A stretch of 64,000 nucleotides of DNA, counting the filler, from Jimgerdemannia flammicorona (taxonomy: Eukaryota): NCBI GenBank assembly GCA_003990765.1. It is 3 parts of 3 records of this genome, joined end to end, with 100 filler letters (N's around TTAATTAATTAA, not from the genome) between each part and the next. Parts side by side here need not be neighbours in the genome. Positions count along the whole stretch, not along the records: positions 21,511 to 42,918 come from RBNJ01001461.1; 2 more parts are not named here. One strand, given 5' to 3'. Positions 26,367 to 37,627 of the stretch are shown here, piece by piece. The stretch's first letter is position 1. Each line of letters opens with the position of its first letter. The notes beneath the pieces were generated by a model. The model ran no database searches and was not told where the DNA came from. It was given only the letters and a program-made list of their open reading frames with translations. A program made the translations under genes and the position numbers.

Positions 26367-29288
26367 TGTGATGAGCAATAGAATTGTACCACCAAAATTC
26401 ATAAATTAGCCATATACCATATCTAGTACACTAAGCAACCAAGACTGCTTTACTGTGCCAACTTATATATTTAGCCAGAGATATCAGAAACAGTATGTTT
26501 ACCTATACCCTCAAGGTACACTATATCCTTCAGGAATACTTATTATAGATAGCAATCTATGATTAGCAATATAGTAATCAGTAGCAACCACAACTGTATA
26601 AAATACTCCACAGACAAGAGTGAATAAACCTCAGTTCTGAAATATAAAGCAAAAGACAAGTCTGCCTACTACACTTTGAGAGATATATCTGCCAAAAGCC
26701 ACTTGATCTAGGAAGGATTGCAACACTTTGGAGAAATGTCTGCTCTATAGCCACTACTAGGAGATTGTGAGCTTTGTCTCTTTCCCACTCCAGTCCACTT
26801 TCTGATACAAAGAATAAGTCTGTTATATTTTTGGTTCACTTGCCAGATAAGCCTGAAGATTTCTATCTTTTCTCCCATCTAAGAGAAAGCCACCTTGCTC
26901 AAGCTAGTTTCTGACACAACTTTGCAGTAAATCCATTTGCACAACCAAAGCTAGTCTTTGATGTAACTTGCCAAGAATCCGTGACATCTGAGTTATCTGA
27001 GTTATTAAATTATCTGCCTTCTGCACTATCCAAGTTATTAGTTTGTTCCTAGTAAGCCTGATTCAGAGAAACTGCCACCAGCATTATTCCCAGTATGCTG
27101 CTGATTTGGGAAGAATCCAGACCATTCTTTATTCTCAGTGAGCCTGGTATAAAAGAATCTGCAACATTGAGAAGTCCACTAATTTAGAAGAATCTGCACC
27201 CAAATTAAGTCAACTGCTGAATTACCAGACTGCCATATATAAGGAGATTATTGTGCTACACAGAGATTACCTAACACTCAAGAAGAAGAACTGCTAAATT
27301 GCCAGACTGTCACACATAGAGATCACTATGCTATACAGGAATCATCATGTAAAAATTGTATACTTTAGGAGACTATTACTCAAGAAGGAAGACTACTAAA
27401 TTGCCCATCATATACAAATTGCCACTATATCCAGAGAACTGTCCCAATTAGGAAATCAACACATAAATTGCTTGCAGATATCCAGTTTTGACTATTATAC
27501 CACTAAACACCAAGAACATTTTGTTGCTTTTAACAAAGTAACTGGGGGCTCAAGCCAAACTACACCAACCCCCCAACCTTATAATTTGCCTCTATTGAGC
27601 CAGACATATTATATTTGGGGGCTCAACTGGGAAGAGTTTTTTCAAAATTAATGTGACTTTTCAGCTCACAAGAACCCACAGTCAAACTGGATACATTTGA
27701 TATAACACCAATCTCTGCCACTACAGGAGAACCAGTCATCACCAGTATCTGGACAGGAAGAGAAGTAATTACCTCATGACTTGCTACATACTCAGCATCA
27801 GAGAGATCCCAACCAGAAATTAGTACAGTCTGAAATCCTCAACCAGATCAACCAGACAACACAGGTGATCCTGTTGGAAACTTTGAAGAACTTGCCTAAG
27901 AACTAGAAGATCTCATTGTATAAGTCCAAAATCCAGCAGCCAGATACCCCACAGCAGTCTCACCAATCTCACTCATTGAACCCTTACCACCAGTCATTGC
28001 AGAATTGAAAGCAGCTCCTTCAAGGATACCTAGGCTCATCCCACTTCATCTGAGGTCCATAACACTATCCTCAAAATACCCAAGCACCCCATCTCCAGTA
28101 ATAGTTCAGAAAGTGAATCAGAGTCAGAATCCGAATTAGAATCCAGACCAGAACCAGAATTAGAAGAAAGTGATGATGAAATAGCCAATCCATTGCCAAC
28201 CTTTGCAGGATATTCAGAGAAAGATCCTAGAGAATTCCTTAATGGAATCAAAGAAATTACAGCTCTGAAGAATCTCTCAGAGAAAAGAAAAATTGCCATC
28301 TACAAGGCCTAGCTCAGAGAACCAGCCAGAGGAATTTTCCACCAAACAGCAACTGACCCACACTCAGCACTAACAGTAGAAATATGAGCAGCAGCATCCT
28401 ATGAGTTAGAATACATAACCATGGCCCACTGGCTTATTGAAAAATATACAGAGAGCGAAACCCATCACAAGGCTCAAGAATCCATCATGGGATAAAGATA
28501 AAACCTTGGAGAATCACCCAGAGCATTCTTCATGAGAATTCAAAAGAGAATGCATGCAGCTAGGTTCAATGCCACCAACCAAGACATCATAGGTTCAATG
28601 ACCTTCATGAATGAAATTCCCCCAAACATTGCCCAGCATATCCACACTCTAGGCATCAGAAGGTCTGAAAAACAAGTAGATGCAGCCCAAGGATTCTTTG
28701 ATGTCAGACAAGGAACTACCTGGAGTGATTATGATAAGAAGGATGATAAAGAAGATATCTTGATCAAAGCTCTACAAGAACTCCTTCAAGAACAGGAAAG
28801 ATCCAAAGAAAGAAGACCAGCCAAAGAAAGAAAGAAGGACAGGAGTGAAATTCAAGACCTGAGCTCCAAGTTGGACCAATTGGTTGGACAGATTGAAAAA
28901 CTTACCATATGTGAAAATCAGAGTTACCAAGACAACAGAGGATACCCACCACAAAGAAACCAAGGTTATCTACCAAGAGATAATAGGAACTACCAGTAAG
29001 AGAAAAGAAGATACTCTGTCCAAGACAGAGCCCAAGTCCAATGCTTTTACTGTGGATAATTCAGACACTATACTACTGAATGTGATAACAAAAGAAGTGA
29101 CTGAAGGGATTCAGAACCACCAAATTGAAGGAATGAAACCCAGTATAAGAAGACTGAAGTTCATCCTATTAAGGATTTCAAAAATAGTAACAGTGAAGAC
29201 TACAGTGACCTAGACTTATATTCTACCAAAGTTACTGCCTGAAAGACAGTCTACCCAGTAGAGAAAAAGAAGAGGCCTATTAGAAGTC
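26367..29288 (+). mobile_element. Gypsy family A 5' part: LTR 26367-27613, PBS 27616-27633, gag with zinc knuckle
   Basis: The LTR is followed by TTTGGGGGCTCAACTGGGA. Gag has TFAGYSEKDPREFL and CFYCG*FRHYTTEC (CCHC). Interrupted by a family B LTR at 29289. Confidence 0.9.
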
Positions 29289-30585
29289 TGTAATAACTCT
29301 CACTTCTACCCCTCTCTTATTCTTTGGATAATTAGGAAAGTAAGACTATTACTTAGGGACTTAGTACACTATATATACCAAGAAGCCTTTAGTTTGAGGA
29401 AGTGCTCACTTAAAAGTAGTTGTAGCAGCAGTATCTTATCTTTCAAAGGTCTTTCTCTTTTGCCCTATCTTTCAAGGGTCTTGTCCTTTGCTATGCACAG
29501 ACTGAATTCGCCTTAGAATTCAGATTCAATGAGTTTACTTAAGTCTTTATGATTTGTATACCAGTCTCAGTTCTGGCAGAAGTTAGCTAGGCTTCCGGAG
29601 TTTAGTCAGAAACACTAGAGTCACTTAGATGTCATTACTAAGACTCAGAGGAATGTGTATGTGGGGGGGAGACTTGATTCTTGGATCAAGGACTGAACTA
29701 AAACTGCTTTATTTTAGATGGAAACTGGGGGGTATTTATACAAGTTGGTCTATGATTTCTGACTAAGTATAAGTGATTAATTTGGTAACTATAATGAGGT
29801 TTGTGATCATGACCTTTATTAGGTAGTTTTTGGTAAAAACAACTTTGTGATCAGGACTACAATTACTAGGCAATGATTAGCTACTGTGGCAATAATTGCT
29901 GCAGTACCAATTGTCAGAGATAAACTGGATATCATTTTTCATATCATTTTCCACATTGTTCATTTGTTTGTCATTCATCATTCATATCTCATGCTTGATC
30001 ATATAATGACATCATCATCAGGGCATGTGATCACTCATCATATCTCATCTGTTTATTCATTCATTTTATTACATCCTTCCTCTCTTAAAAATCAATGTTC
30101 TCATTGATTTAAAAACTGAGAACCAGGGGAGAGAAAGGTGGAGAATCTTCCTCAGTATTGTTGCCATCTTCAGTGGCAGGGAGGATGGTTGCTGATGCCT
30201 CACTGTCCAGAATGGAGAAGTCAATGAGGTCTGCAAATAGTTCTTGCATTGGGATGGGTACTGGTGTAGGGGTTCTCCATCTGATGTAGTTGGGACCATC
30301 CAAGTAGAGTTCTTGATCCTCATGCCTGAGGATATCCATTTGGATAGGTGGTCCTTCAAAGAGTCAGAGAGGCCTTGGAGCTATTGGTCTGGGTTGTCAT
30401 TCAGGAGGGGGCTCCAGTGAGGTTTGCAGTCAGTAGACTAGAGGGTAATCCAGGAGTTAGCTTCTTGGACAACCTTGATCTCTAGCTTGTCAACCTCAGA
30501 GAAAGAGAGGTTCTGGAAATTCTTCAGTTAGACATAGTTGAGGTTGGAGATTGTAAAGAGTATATGGTGCACCTTTCTCTGCTAC
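29289..30585 (-). mobile_element. Second LTR family (B): 3' LTR 29289-30073, PPT 30074-30086, upstream decayed ORF with acidic tail
   Basis: Perfect 8-bp terminal inverted repeat TGTAATAA...TTATTACA. The minus strand has AAGAGAGGAAGGA directly before TGT. Confidence 0.8.
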
Positions 30586-31784
30586 AATTCATGTTACATA
30601 CACTTTTACAACATACTTTCAAGTCGTTTATTGGAGAAAGGTACTAAGATAATATCAACCAGCAAGTGAGCTGACATGCATACTAGGTCGGGCGGACCTG
30701 GGGCCTTTGACTGGCAATATGTTGGGAGAGGGTATGGGCTGGGGATAGAGTCCTTTGGTGGCTCAAGTGGGCAGGGCAGCTTGGGCAGTAGAGGCAGCAC
30801 TGGTGGGGGGGCTGGAGGGCAGCAGGGAAGGAGCTTTGCAGACACACTGAGGACTAGAGGTTGGCCAATGGGAGCTTGCAGTGGACAGGTGGGAGGGAAG
30901 GGGAAGCAGAAGGTTGGGGATGCTGGGGGTGCTGGGCCTTCACCAGTGGGAGGTAGAGGAAGTGGAGTAGCTGCTGAGAGTAGTGGCAGGACTGCTGATA
31001 GTAGAGTGACTGGGAATCTGGAAAAAAATCCAGATGTGACTATTGATATGAGGGTGGAGCAGATGGGCCCAAAGAGGAAGGGGGATCTGGCCAATGGTGT
31101 GACAGGGCTAGTGGTAGCACTATTGCTCAAGAAATTGATCTTGGAGTTTGCAGCCACTTTATACTTCTGGGGCTTGGTAGTGACAGTGAGGATGGTCCTG
31201 GGGCTTATCTCAAAGCAGGTGGCTGGAGCTACCTCAGTGAAGTTTCTGAAGGGGCTGGAGGGGGTTGAGGTGGGCTTTGAGGAGGTGGGTATGCTGGATG
31301 AGGCTCTGGAGTGGTCATTGGGGAGGTGGTGGTCCCTATGGTGTATTGCCTGAGGTGGGACCCCAGGGTGGTACAGCTGCTAGTGAAGAGAGTGCCTATG
31401 GTGACAGCAGTTGAGACAAGGAGGAGGGTTGAGAAGGTGATGGCTGAGTATGGTAATGTAGTGGATATTGGTTTCCAGATTTGGGAGGGAACCACCATCA
31501 GGACTAGGGATGTTGATGTCAGGATTCAACTAGCAGGGAAGGAGGCTACTGGGAAGATGAGTGACTTGCCAGTGGTGATGCTTTAGGGGGCTTTCAGCTG
31601 TCAGATGTCAAGGGTAAAAGGGAGTGAGAAGGAGGAAGAGAATCTACTGGAGGCTCTGGAAGAGATGAGTGGGGCTATCAAGTGGAGGGCAAAGACCTGG
31701 AAGAAATATGTAGAGTTGACATACTTGGAGATTGTGGAAGAGAAGTATATCCACACTGACAAGAGGCAGTGGGAGCGATGGTAC

Positions 31785-34700
31785 CATTCAGGTTACACAA
31801 CCTTTGGAAGGCACTTACAACATTGTTTTTGGAGAAAAGAGACTAACAACATGGTGACCGACAGGCAATCTGAGGTGCGTACTGGGCAGGGTGGCCCAAG
31901 CGCTTTCGAATGGCAGTAGGTGGGGAGGGGCCCAGGTCTAGTGGGGGGCATAAGGGGGCTGCTGGCAGGAGGATGCGGAAGGGGTGGAGGTAATGGTGGA
32001 GGACAAGGGTCTGGAAGGGCGAGCTTTGTGGAGATGGTGAAGGGGAGGCAGCAGGTATCAGGGCTGGAGGGCTGGTTGAGGAGGGGCAAGGAGACTGAGA
32101 AGGCAGCAGTGCGTGGGGGAGTAGCCCTTGGAAGGGGGGGCAGTGGAGCTGGGGGAGTAGTGGCTGGGGGGAGTGTGACTGCTGATGGCGATGGGACTGC
32201 CAATCTGGAAAAAAATCCAGATATGACAGCTATTGGCAAGGCTGAGCAGCTGAGGCTTGGAAGACAAGGAGATTTGGCGGATGGTATGATGGGCCTGGCA
32301 GTGGCCCCATTACTCAAAAAATCAATCTTGGTATTTGCAGTTACACTGTGCTTCTGGGGCTTAGCAGTGATGGTGAAAATGGTGCTAGAGCTTATTACTA
32401 AGCAGGTGGCAGAAGCTGCATTAGTGAAGTTTTTGAACGGACTGAAGGGTGTGGAGGTGGGTTTTGAGGAGGCTGAGCCACTGAAGGAGGTACTGAAGAT
32501 TGGGTTGGTGGTTGGGGAGGTGTGTGTTCCAATGGCATGGTGCCTGAAATGGGATCCGAGGGTGGTCCAACTGCTGGTGAAAGGAGTGCCCATAGTGACA
32601 GCAGTGGAGACGAGAAAGAGAGTTGAGGAAGTCATAGCAGAGTATGGAGAGGTGGTGGATATCGGATTCAGGGTCTGGGAAGGGACCTCGCTCAGGACTG
32701 GGGATGTGAATGTGAGGATTTGGCTGGCTGGGAAAGAAGCTACTGGAAAGGTAAGGGACTGGCCTTCGGTGATGGTCTGGAGAGTGATCTTGTACAAGGT
32801 GATGAGGGTGAAAGGAAGTGAGGAGGAGGAAGAGGATTTATTGGAAGCACTGGAAGAATTGAGTGGTGCTATGGAGTGGTGAGCAAAGGCTTGGAAGGCT
32901 TTTGTAGAGTTGACACACCTGGAGGTGGTGGATGGAAAGCAGATTCGAGTGGACAAGGTGTAGTGGGAAAGGGCTCAGGGGTGTAAGAGATAGAAGGATC
33001 TGCTGGCTAAACTGGGGGGCAGACCACAGGAGGATGTGACCAAGATGACAAGTGTGAAAGGGGCCAAAGTGAGTGTCTGAGCTGGCAAGAGGAGTGGGAA
33101 TGCCAGAGAGGAGACAGAGAAGGCGAAGGAGGTGAAGGTTATTGACCCATATGCTGATGGCACCTTGGAGGTTTGGGAGGAGGCCTGGGAGGACTCCCCC
33201 ACCCCTTCTCCTCTTATCAGGTAAGGCCTGGCTTCCAGAAACAAGATAGTGGAGGATGTAACAATACTGGGGACCCAACAGGTAAAATTTGGAGTTCCTG
33301 AGGTGATGAATGGGGGACATGTGGTGGAGGCCAGAGAGGAGGAACTGGTGGATGTCCCAGAGGTGTGGGATGAGGCTGTAAGTGCTGGAGCTGACACCAC
33401 AATGCTGGATGGAGGGAGGCCAGCGAGCCCTGGAGAGAAGGAGGTGGGGAACCTACTTTGGATATACAGGATGATGAATAACCTGGTGGCAGAAGAGTTG
33501 GGAGGCAAGTGATGGGTGATGAGCACTGGGCATGGATATTGCAGGGGGATGGAGTGATAATGGCACTGAAGGTGGAAATTCTTGTGGCGTATCTGGAGAA
33601 GGAAGGGTATGAGGTGGACAAGGAGTGGGAGGCAGAGATGGCAGCTGTCACTGGGGAGAGGGCTGAATACTGCTGGAACAAGTGTCATAGATTGCAGCTG
33701 TGGTAGGAGGCTTGCATAGAGTACCAGGAGGAGTTTGAGGAGAAGGTGGATGGGGAGATAAATGAGCTGTTGGCAGGATTGGAGGCTCAGAGGGCTGAAG
33801 AGGAGGAGGTGATGGCAGAACATAATCTGGACACAGCATAGGAGGAGATGAGCATGGAGCAGTAGAGATCAACTGATAACAAAATGTATTTCATTATGAA
33901 CAGTATAACCAACATTTTTTCTTTGAATGTGAATGGGCTATGGGGCGCTGTTAGATGTAGGAACATTTTTACTTGGCTGAAGGGATTGGAGGCCGATCCC
34001 TTCCTCTTGCAGGATGTCAGGTGTGAGGATGACTCTGATAGGATGGAATGGACAATGGAATGGGGTGGCATGGTGATTTGGAATGGCAACATTAGGATTC
34101 TGGTTTGGAAAGGCAGAGGGGAGATAAGAGATGTGAGGAGCTGGGGAGAGAGACTGGTCTGGGGTGAGTGGATTCATGCAGGCTGGGAGCCAGTTATAGT
34201 TGACTCCTGTTACTGCCCTGCCATAAGGGGGGAGCATGTAGATTGGGTGAAGGGTCTCCAGGAGAGTGGGATCCTTACAGAGGCTGGGGTGGATATGCTT
34301 GGGGGAGATTTCAATATGGTTTGGGATATACTGATGGATAGAACTGATGGAGGACAGGGTTCTGAGAGCAGGAGTGGGGGACTGGTGATATGGGAGGAAG
34401 TCGAAAGACTAAGTGTGCTGATAGATGCTGGTAAGGAGTACTGGGAAGATAGGAGGGTTTATACACATTGGGCTGAGGGCCTGGGGACAAGGATCGACTG
34501 GATTATGATGGCCAACTGTTGGGGCCAAGATGTTTGGAAGTTGCTGGAGGTGGAATGGTGCCTATGGTCGGATCACTGGGGCCTTTTGGGACAGGGGTGT
34601 TTTGGGGGAAGTGGGGATGGGCCTGGATATTGGTGCCTAAATTCCTCCTTGTTAGATGATGAGTCCTGGTGGGATGAGTAGGCTAAAGACATTCAGCTGA

Positions 34701-37627
34701 GGGTGGAGAACTGGCAGTGGGAAGGTGCCTCAATTGGGGTTAGGTGGATGAGGATGAAAGAGATGGTCAGGATTTACTAGAGTGAGGCTGGCAAGGAGGC
34801 AGGGAAGCAGAGAAGGCAAAGAGAGCATTGGGCTTCTACTAGATTGGCTCGGCTTCTGGAGGAGTGGGTGAGACTGACAATGTTGGAGGGAGAAGAAGAT
34901 TGGAGATTAATGAGGGCGAAGATAGAGGTTGGAGAACTACAACAGGTACTGTGGGAAGAGGAAGAGGCAAGGGTGCAAAGCTTGGTGGCATGGCTTCATT
35001 GGCAGGGGCTGGAGGAAGGGGAGAGGTCCTCCAAGTTTCTCATGAGGGCCCTTAGAGTAAGAAAGGTACAGCAATGGTGGGAAGGGGTATTGGACTCAGA
35101 TGGTGTGCTAGTGCATAGTGTATAAGATATTCTTGGATCGCTGAAGGGGTGATGGAGCAGATTGTAGAGTGAGGAGGAGGGTGGGGTGGATGCTGCTGCT
35201 ATTGACTGAGCATTGGAGGATTGGTACCCACTATAAGTTGAGAGACTAGGTGACCTGGTGATGCCTGTAAAGGAGGATGAGATCCACCAGGTTCTTGCCA
35301 CAACAGCCTCAGGTATGGCACCTGGGGAGGATGGTCTACCCTGGGACTTCTGGAAGTGAATGGTTGGAATCCCAGGTGTGATGGGAGAGATGATGGCATT
35401 GTGTGACTTTATATTGCAGACAGAGAGATGGGTGGGGGAGCAGGATCTTGGGCTAGTGATACTGCTTTATAAGAACAAAAGAAGGTGAGAGGATTGGAAG
35501 AACTAGCAGCCGATAATGTTGCTAGATATGGACAGAAAGTTGGTAACTAAGGTGGTGGTTGTGAGACTATAGAAGGTGGCCCAGCAAGTTGTGGGTGTTG
35601 AGCAGAGGGGATTTGTGGGTGGTCGGCTCATTAGGGATGGCACAGCCTAGGTACATAGAGTTATTGAAGGGGCAAGAGCCTGTGGACTGGATGGGTGTCT
35701 AGTCTTCTTAGACCAGGAGAAGGCTTATGACTGGGTGCGATGAGTCTGGCTGGCAAAAGTGTTGGATAGAATGGGGGTTCTGTGCCAATTTTGGTCAGCA
35801 ATGGTCAGCCTACTGGAAGGGAGTAGGGCTGTACTCATGTGTAATGGACATAGAGGGGTAGCATTTCCTCTGGGTAGGGGGGTGCCCCAGGGGGACCCAC
35901 TGTCCCCCATTTTGTACACTCTTTCCCTAGAACCCCTAATGGACAGAATTAGGCAGAGGATAGTGGGGCTCTCTATCTATGATATTGGGTGGAAAGTTGG
36001 GGCCTTTGCGGATGACATAGTGGTTGGTTTGGGATCGATTGCTGATGTCAAGGAGCTCAAGAAGACAGTAGAGTGGTATGAGGAGAACTCTGGGGCAAAG
36101 CTGAATTGGTACAAGTGTGAAACAATGGTGCTAGGCAACAGCCTGGTGGGAGGAGAAGTTATAGGAACAATTGTCCCCACTGGTGAGGCAGTGTAGTACT
36201 TGGGTATCTATTTGTCAGTCTACAGGTCAGTTCTGCCTAGGCTTTGGTGGGAGCAGAGGATTGGAATTTGGGAGGAGGACCTGTGGGGTTGGGGGGGAAG
36301 ACACTTTTCTCTGGCAGGGTGGGTCTCGATTTTGAATGTATATTGGCTGCCGAAGCTGTGGTATTTGGCTTATTATCTGGACTTCCCAGCCTGGGTGGTG
36401 AAGAGATTGGTGAAGGTGGCAAAGGGATGAATTTGGGCTGGTGGATGGAGTCAGATTGGTTGGGAGACCTTGTCCCTACTGGTGGCGAGAGGTGGCCTTG
36501 GGCTAGTGGACTTTCCCAAATGACTACACTGCTTGAGGGCATGGTGGCTTAAGAGAGCGGTGGAGTTGTGAGGAGAAGGTTGGGTTTCCCTGCTGCAGAA
36601 GGTCTGAGAGAGACAGTCATTGCTGAGAGGCTCAACTGGTGATCTCCTCTCATTGGTTGGACTTCAAAATACTGCACAATTGCAATATAAAGGTTTCTGA
36701 TGGGGGATAGCAGAGGGGGCACACTGCATTGGTATTCGCTGGCAGGGGAATGAGGGAGAGGAAGCTTGGGACCTGGTGATGTGGAGATGGGATGACATAT
36801 TGCTGGGTGGCATGCCCTTAATTGAGTTTGACATTGGTGATAGAATAGAATGCCAAAGAGGACCAGGTCAGAATCTGTGGCCTAGCAGTTGGCCAGGAGT
36901 TGGAATTGGAGAAGAGTGGAACTGGCATGGTGTTTGGACCTGGAGTGCTGTAGTGCAAAAATGGATGCTGCTGAAGTACTGGGTGGTCTGGTGGTGCATG
37001 CTGAGGAGGAATGTAATGCTCAACTTCCGCTCAGGGCACCTTATCGTAGGGGGTTGTTTTGACTGTGAGGAGTGCCATAATGTAGGGCAGGAAGGGGGCT
37101 TTGTACAGATGCCAGAACATTGGCTAGGAGATTGTGAGGTGTTGGGAGACTTTTGGCAGGCCATCAGGGCCCACTTGGGAGTGAGGTATAGGAGAGATGA
37201 AGTATAGGGGAGGTGGGAGGACTTGAGAGATTGATTGGTAGGAGGGGTAGAAAAGGAGTGGCTTACCTTAGGCTGGGCATTGGCTATTTGGGTGGGGCTG
37301 GCCAGCCACTGGCTATTTGTTTTTGAGAATGGGAGGAGAGAGAGCTTGGGGAGCCAGTTGTCATGGTGGCAGAGGCTTATGGAAGACACCTTAACAGGCT
37401 GGTGGCTTGGTTGGGGGCTGCAGGAGGGTCAGAGGTGCCACTTGGTGGAGAAAATCTGTGGACAGAGTGGTGGGAGAGTTGGAGTCATTGGTGAGAGGGT
37501 GACCTTTATTTATGAAAAGGTGGGAAGGGACTCCCCAATGGGGATTAGGGAGTGGGTGGTGATAATGTATACTTATTCATAGACTGGTAATAAAGATGGA
37601 GTCCAAGTAACTATAAAAAAAAAAAAA
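31785..37627 (+). mobile_element. Full-length degenerate L1/Tx1-type LINE (inner copy): ORF1 ~31851-33870; ORF2 ~33884-37582 (APE endonuclease, RT, CCHC)
   Basis: 5' CATTCAGG. Motifs SLNVNGL, GGDFN, RIDWI, SDH, DQEKAYD, GVPQGDPLSP, FADD, YLG and CEEC-x-H-xxx-C. AATAAA and poly(A). Degenerate 14-bp TSD at 31763-31776 and 37628-37641. Confidence 0.95.

Noticed and set aside
31793..33823. Long antisense ORFs (387 aa and 282 aa; also 427-1215)
   Set aside because: Ser/Pro/Thr-rich shadows of the G-rich LINE ORF1 strand.
33884..37582. Alternative genetic code or stop readthrough in LINE ORFs
   Set aside because: Stops differ between copies and match C>T/G>A changes; host genes use the standard code.
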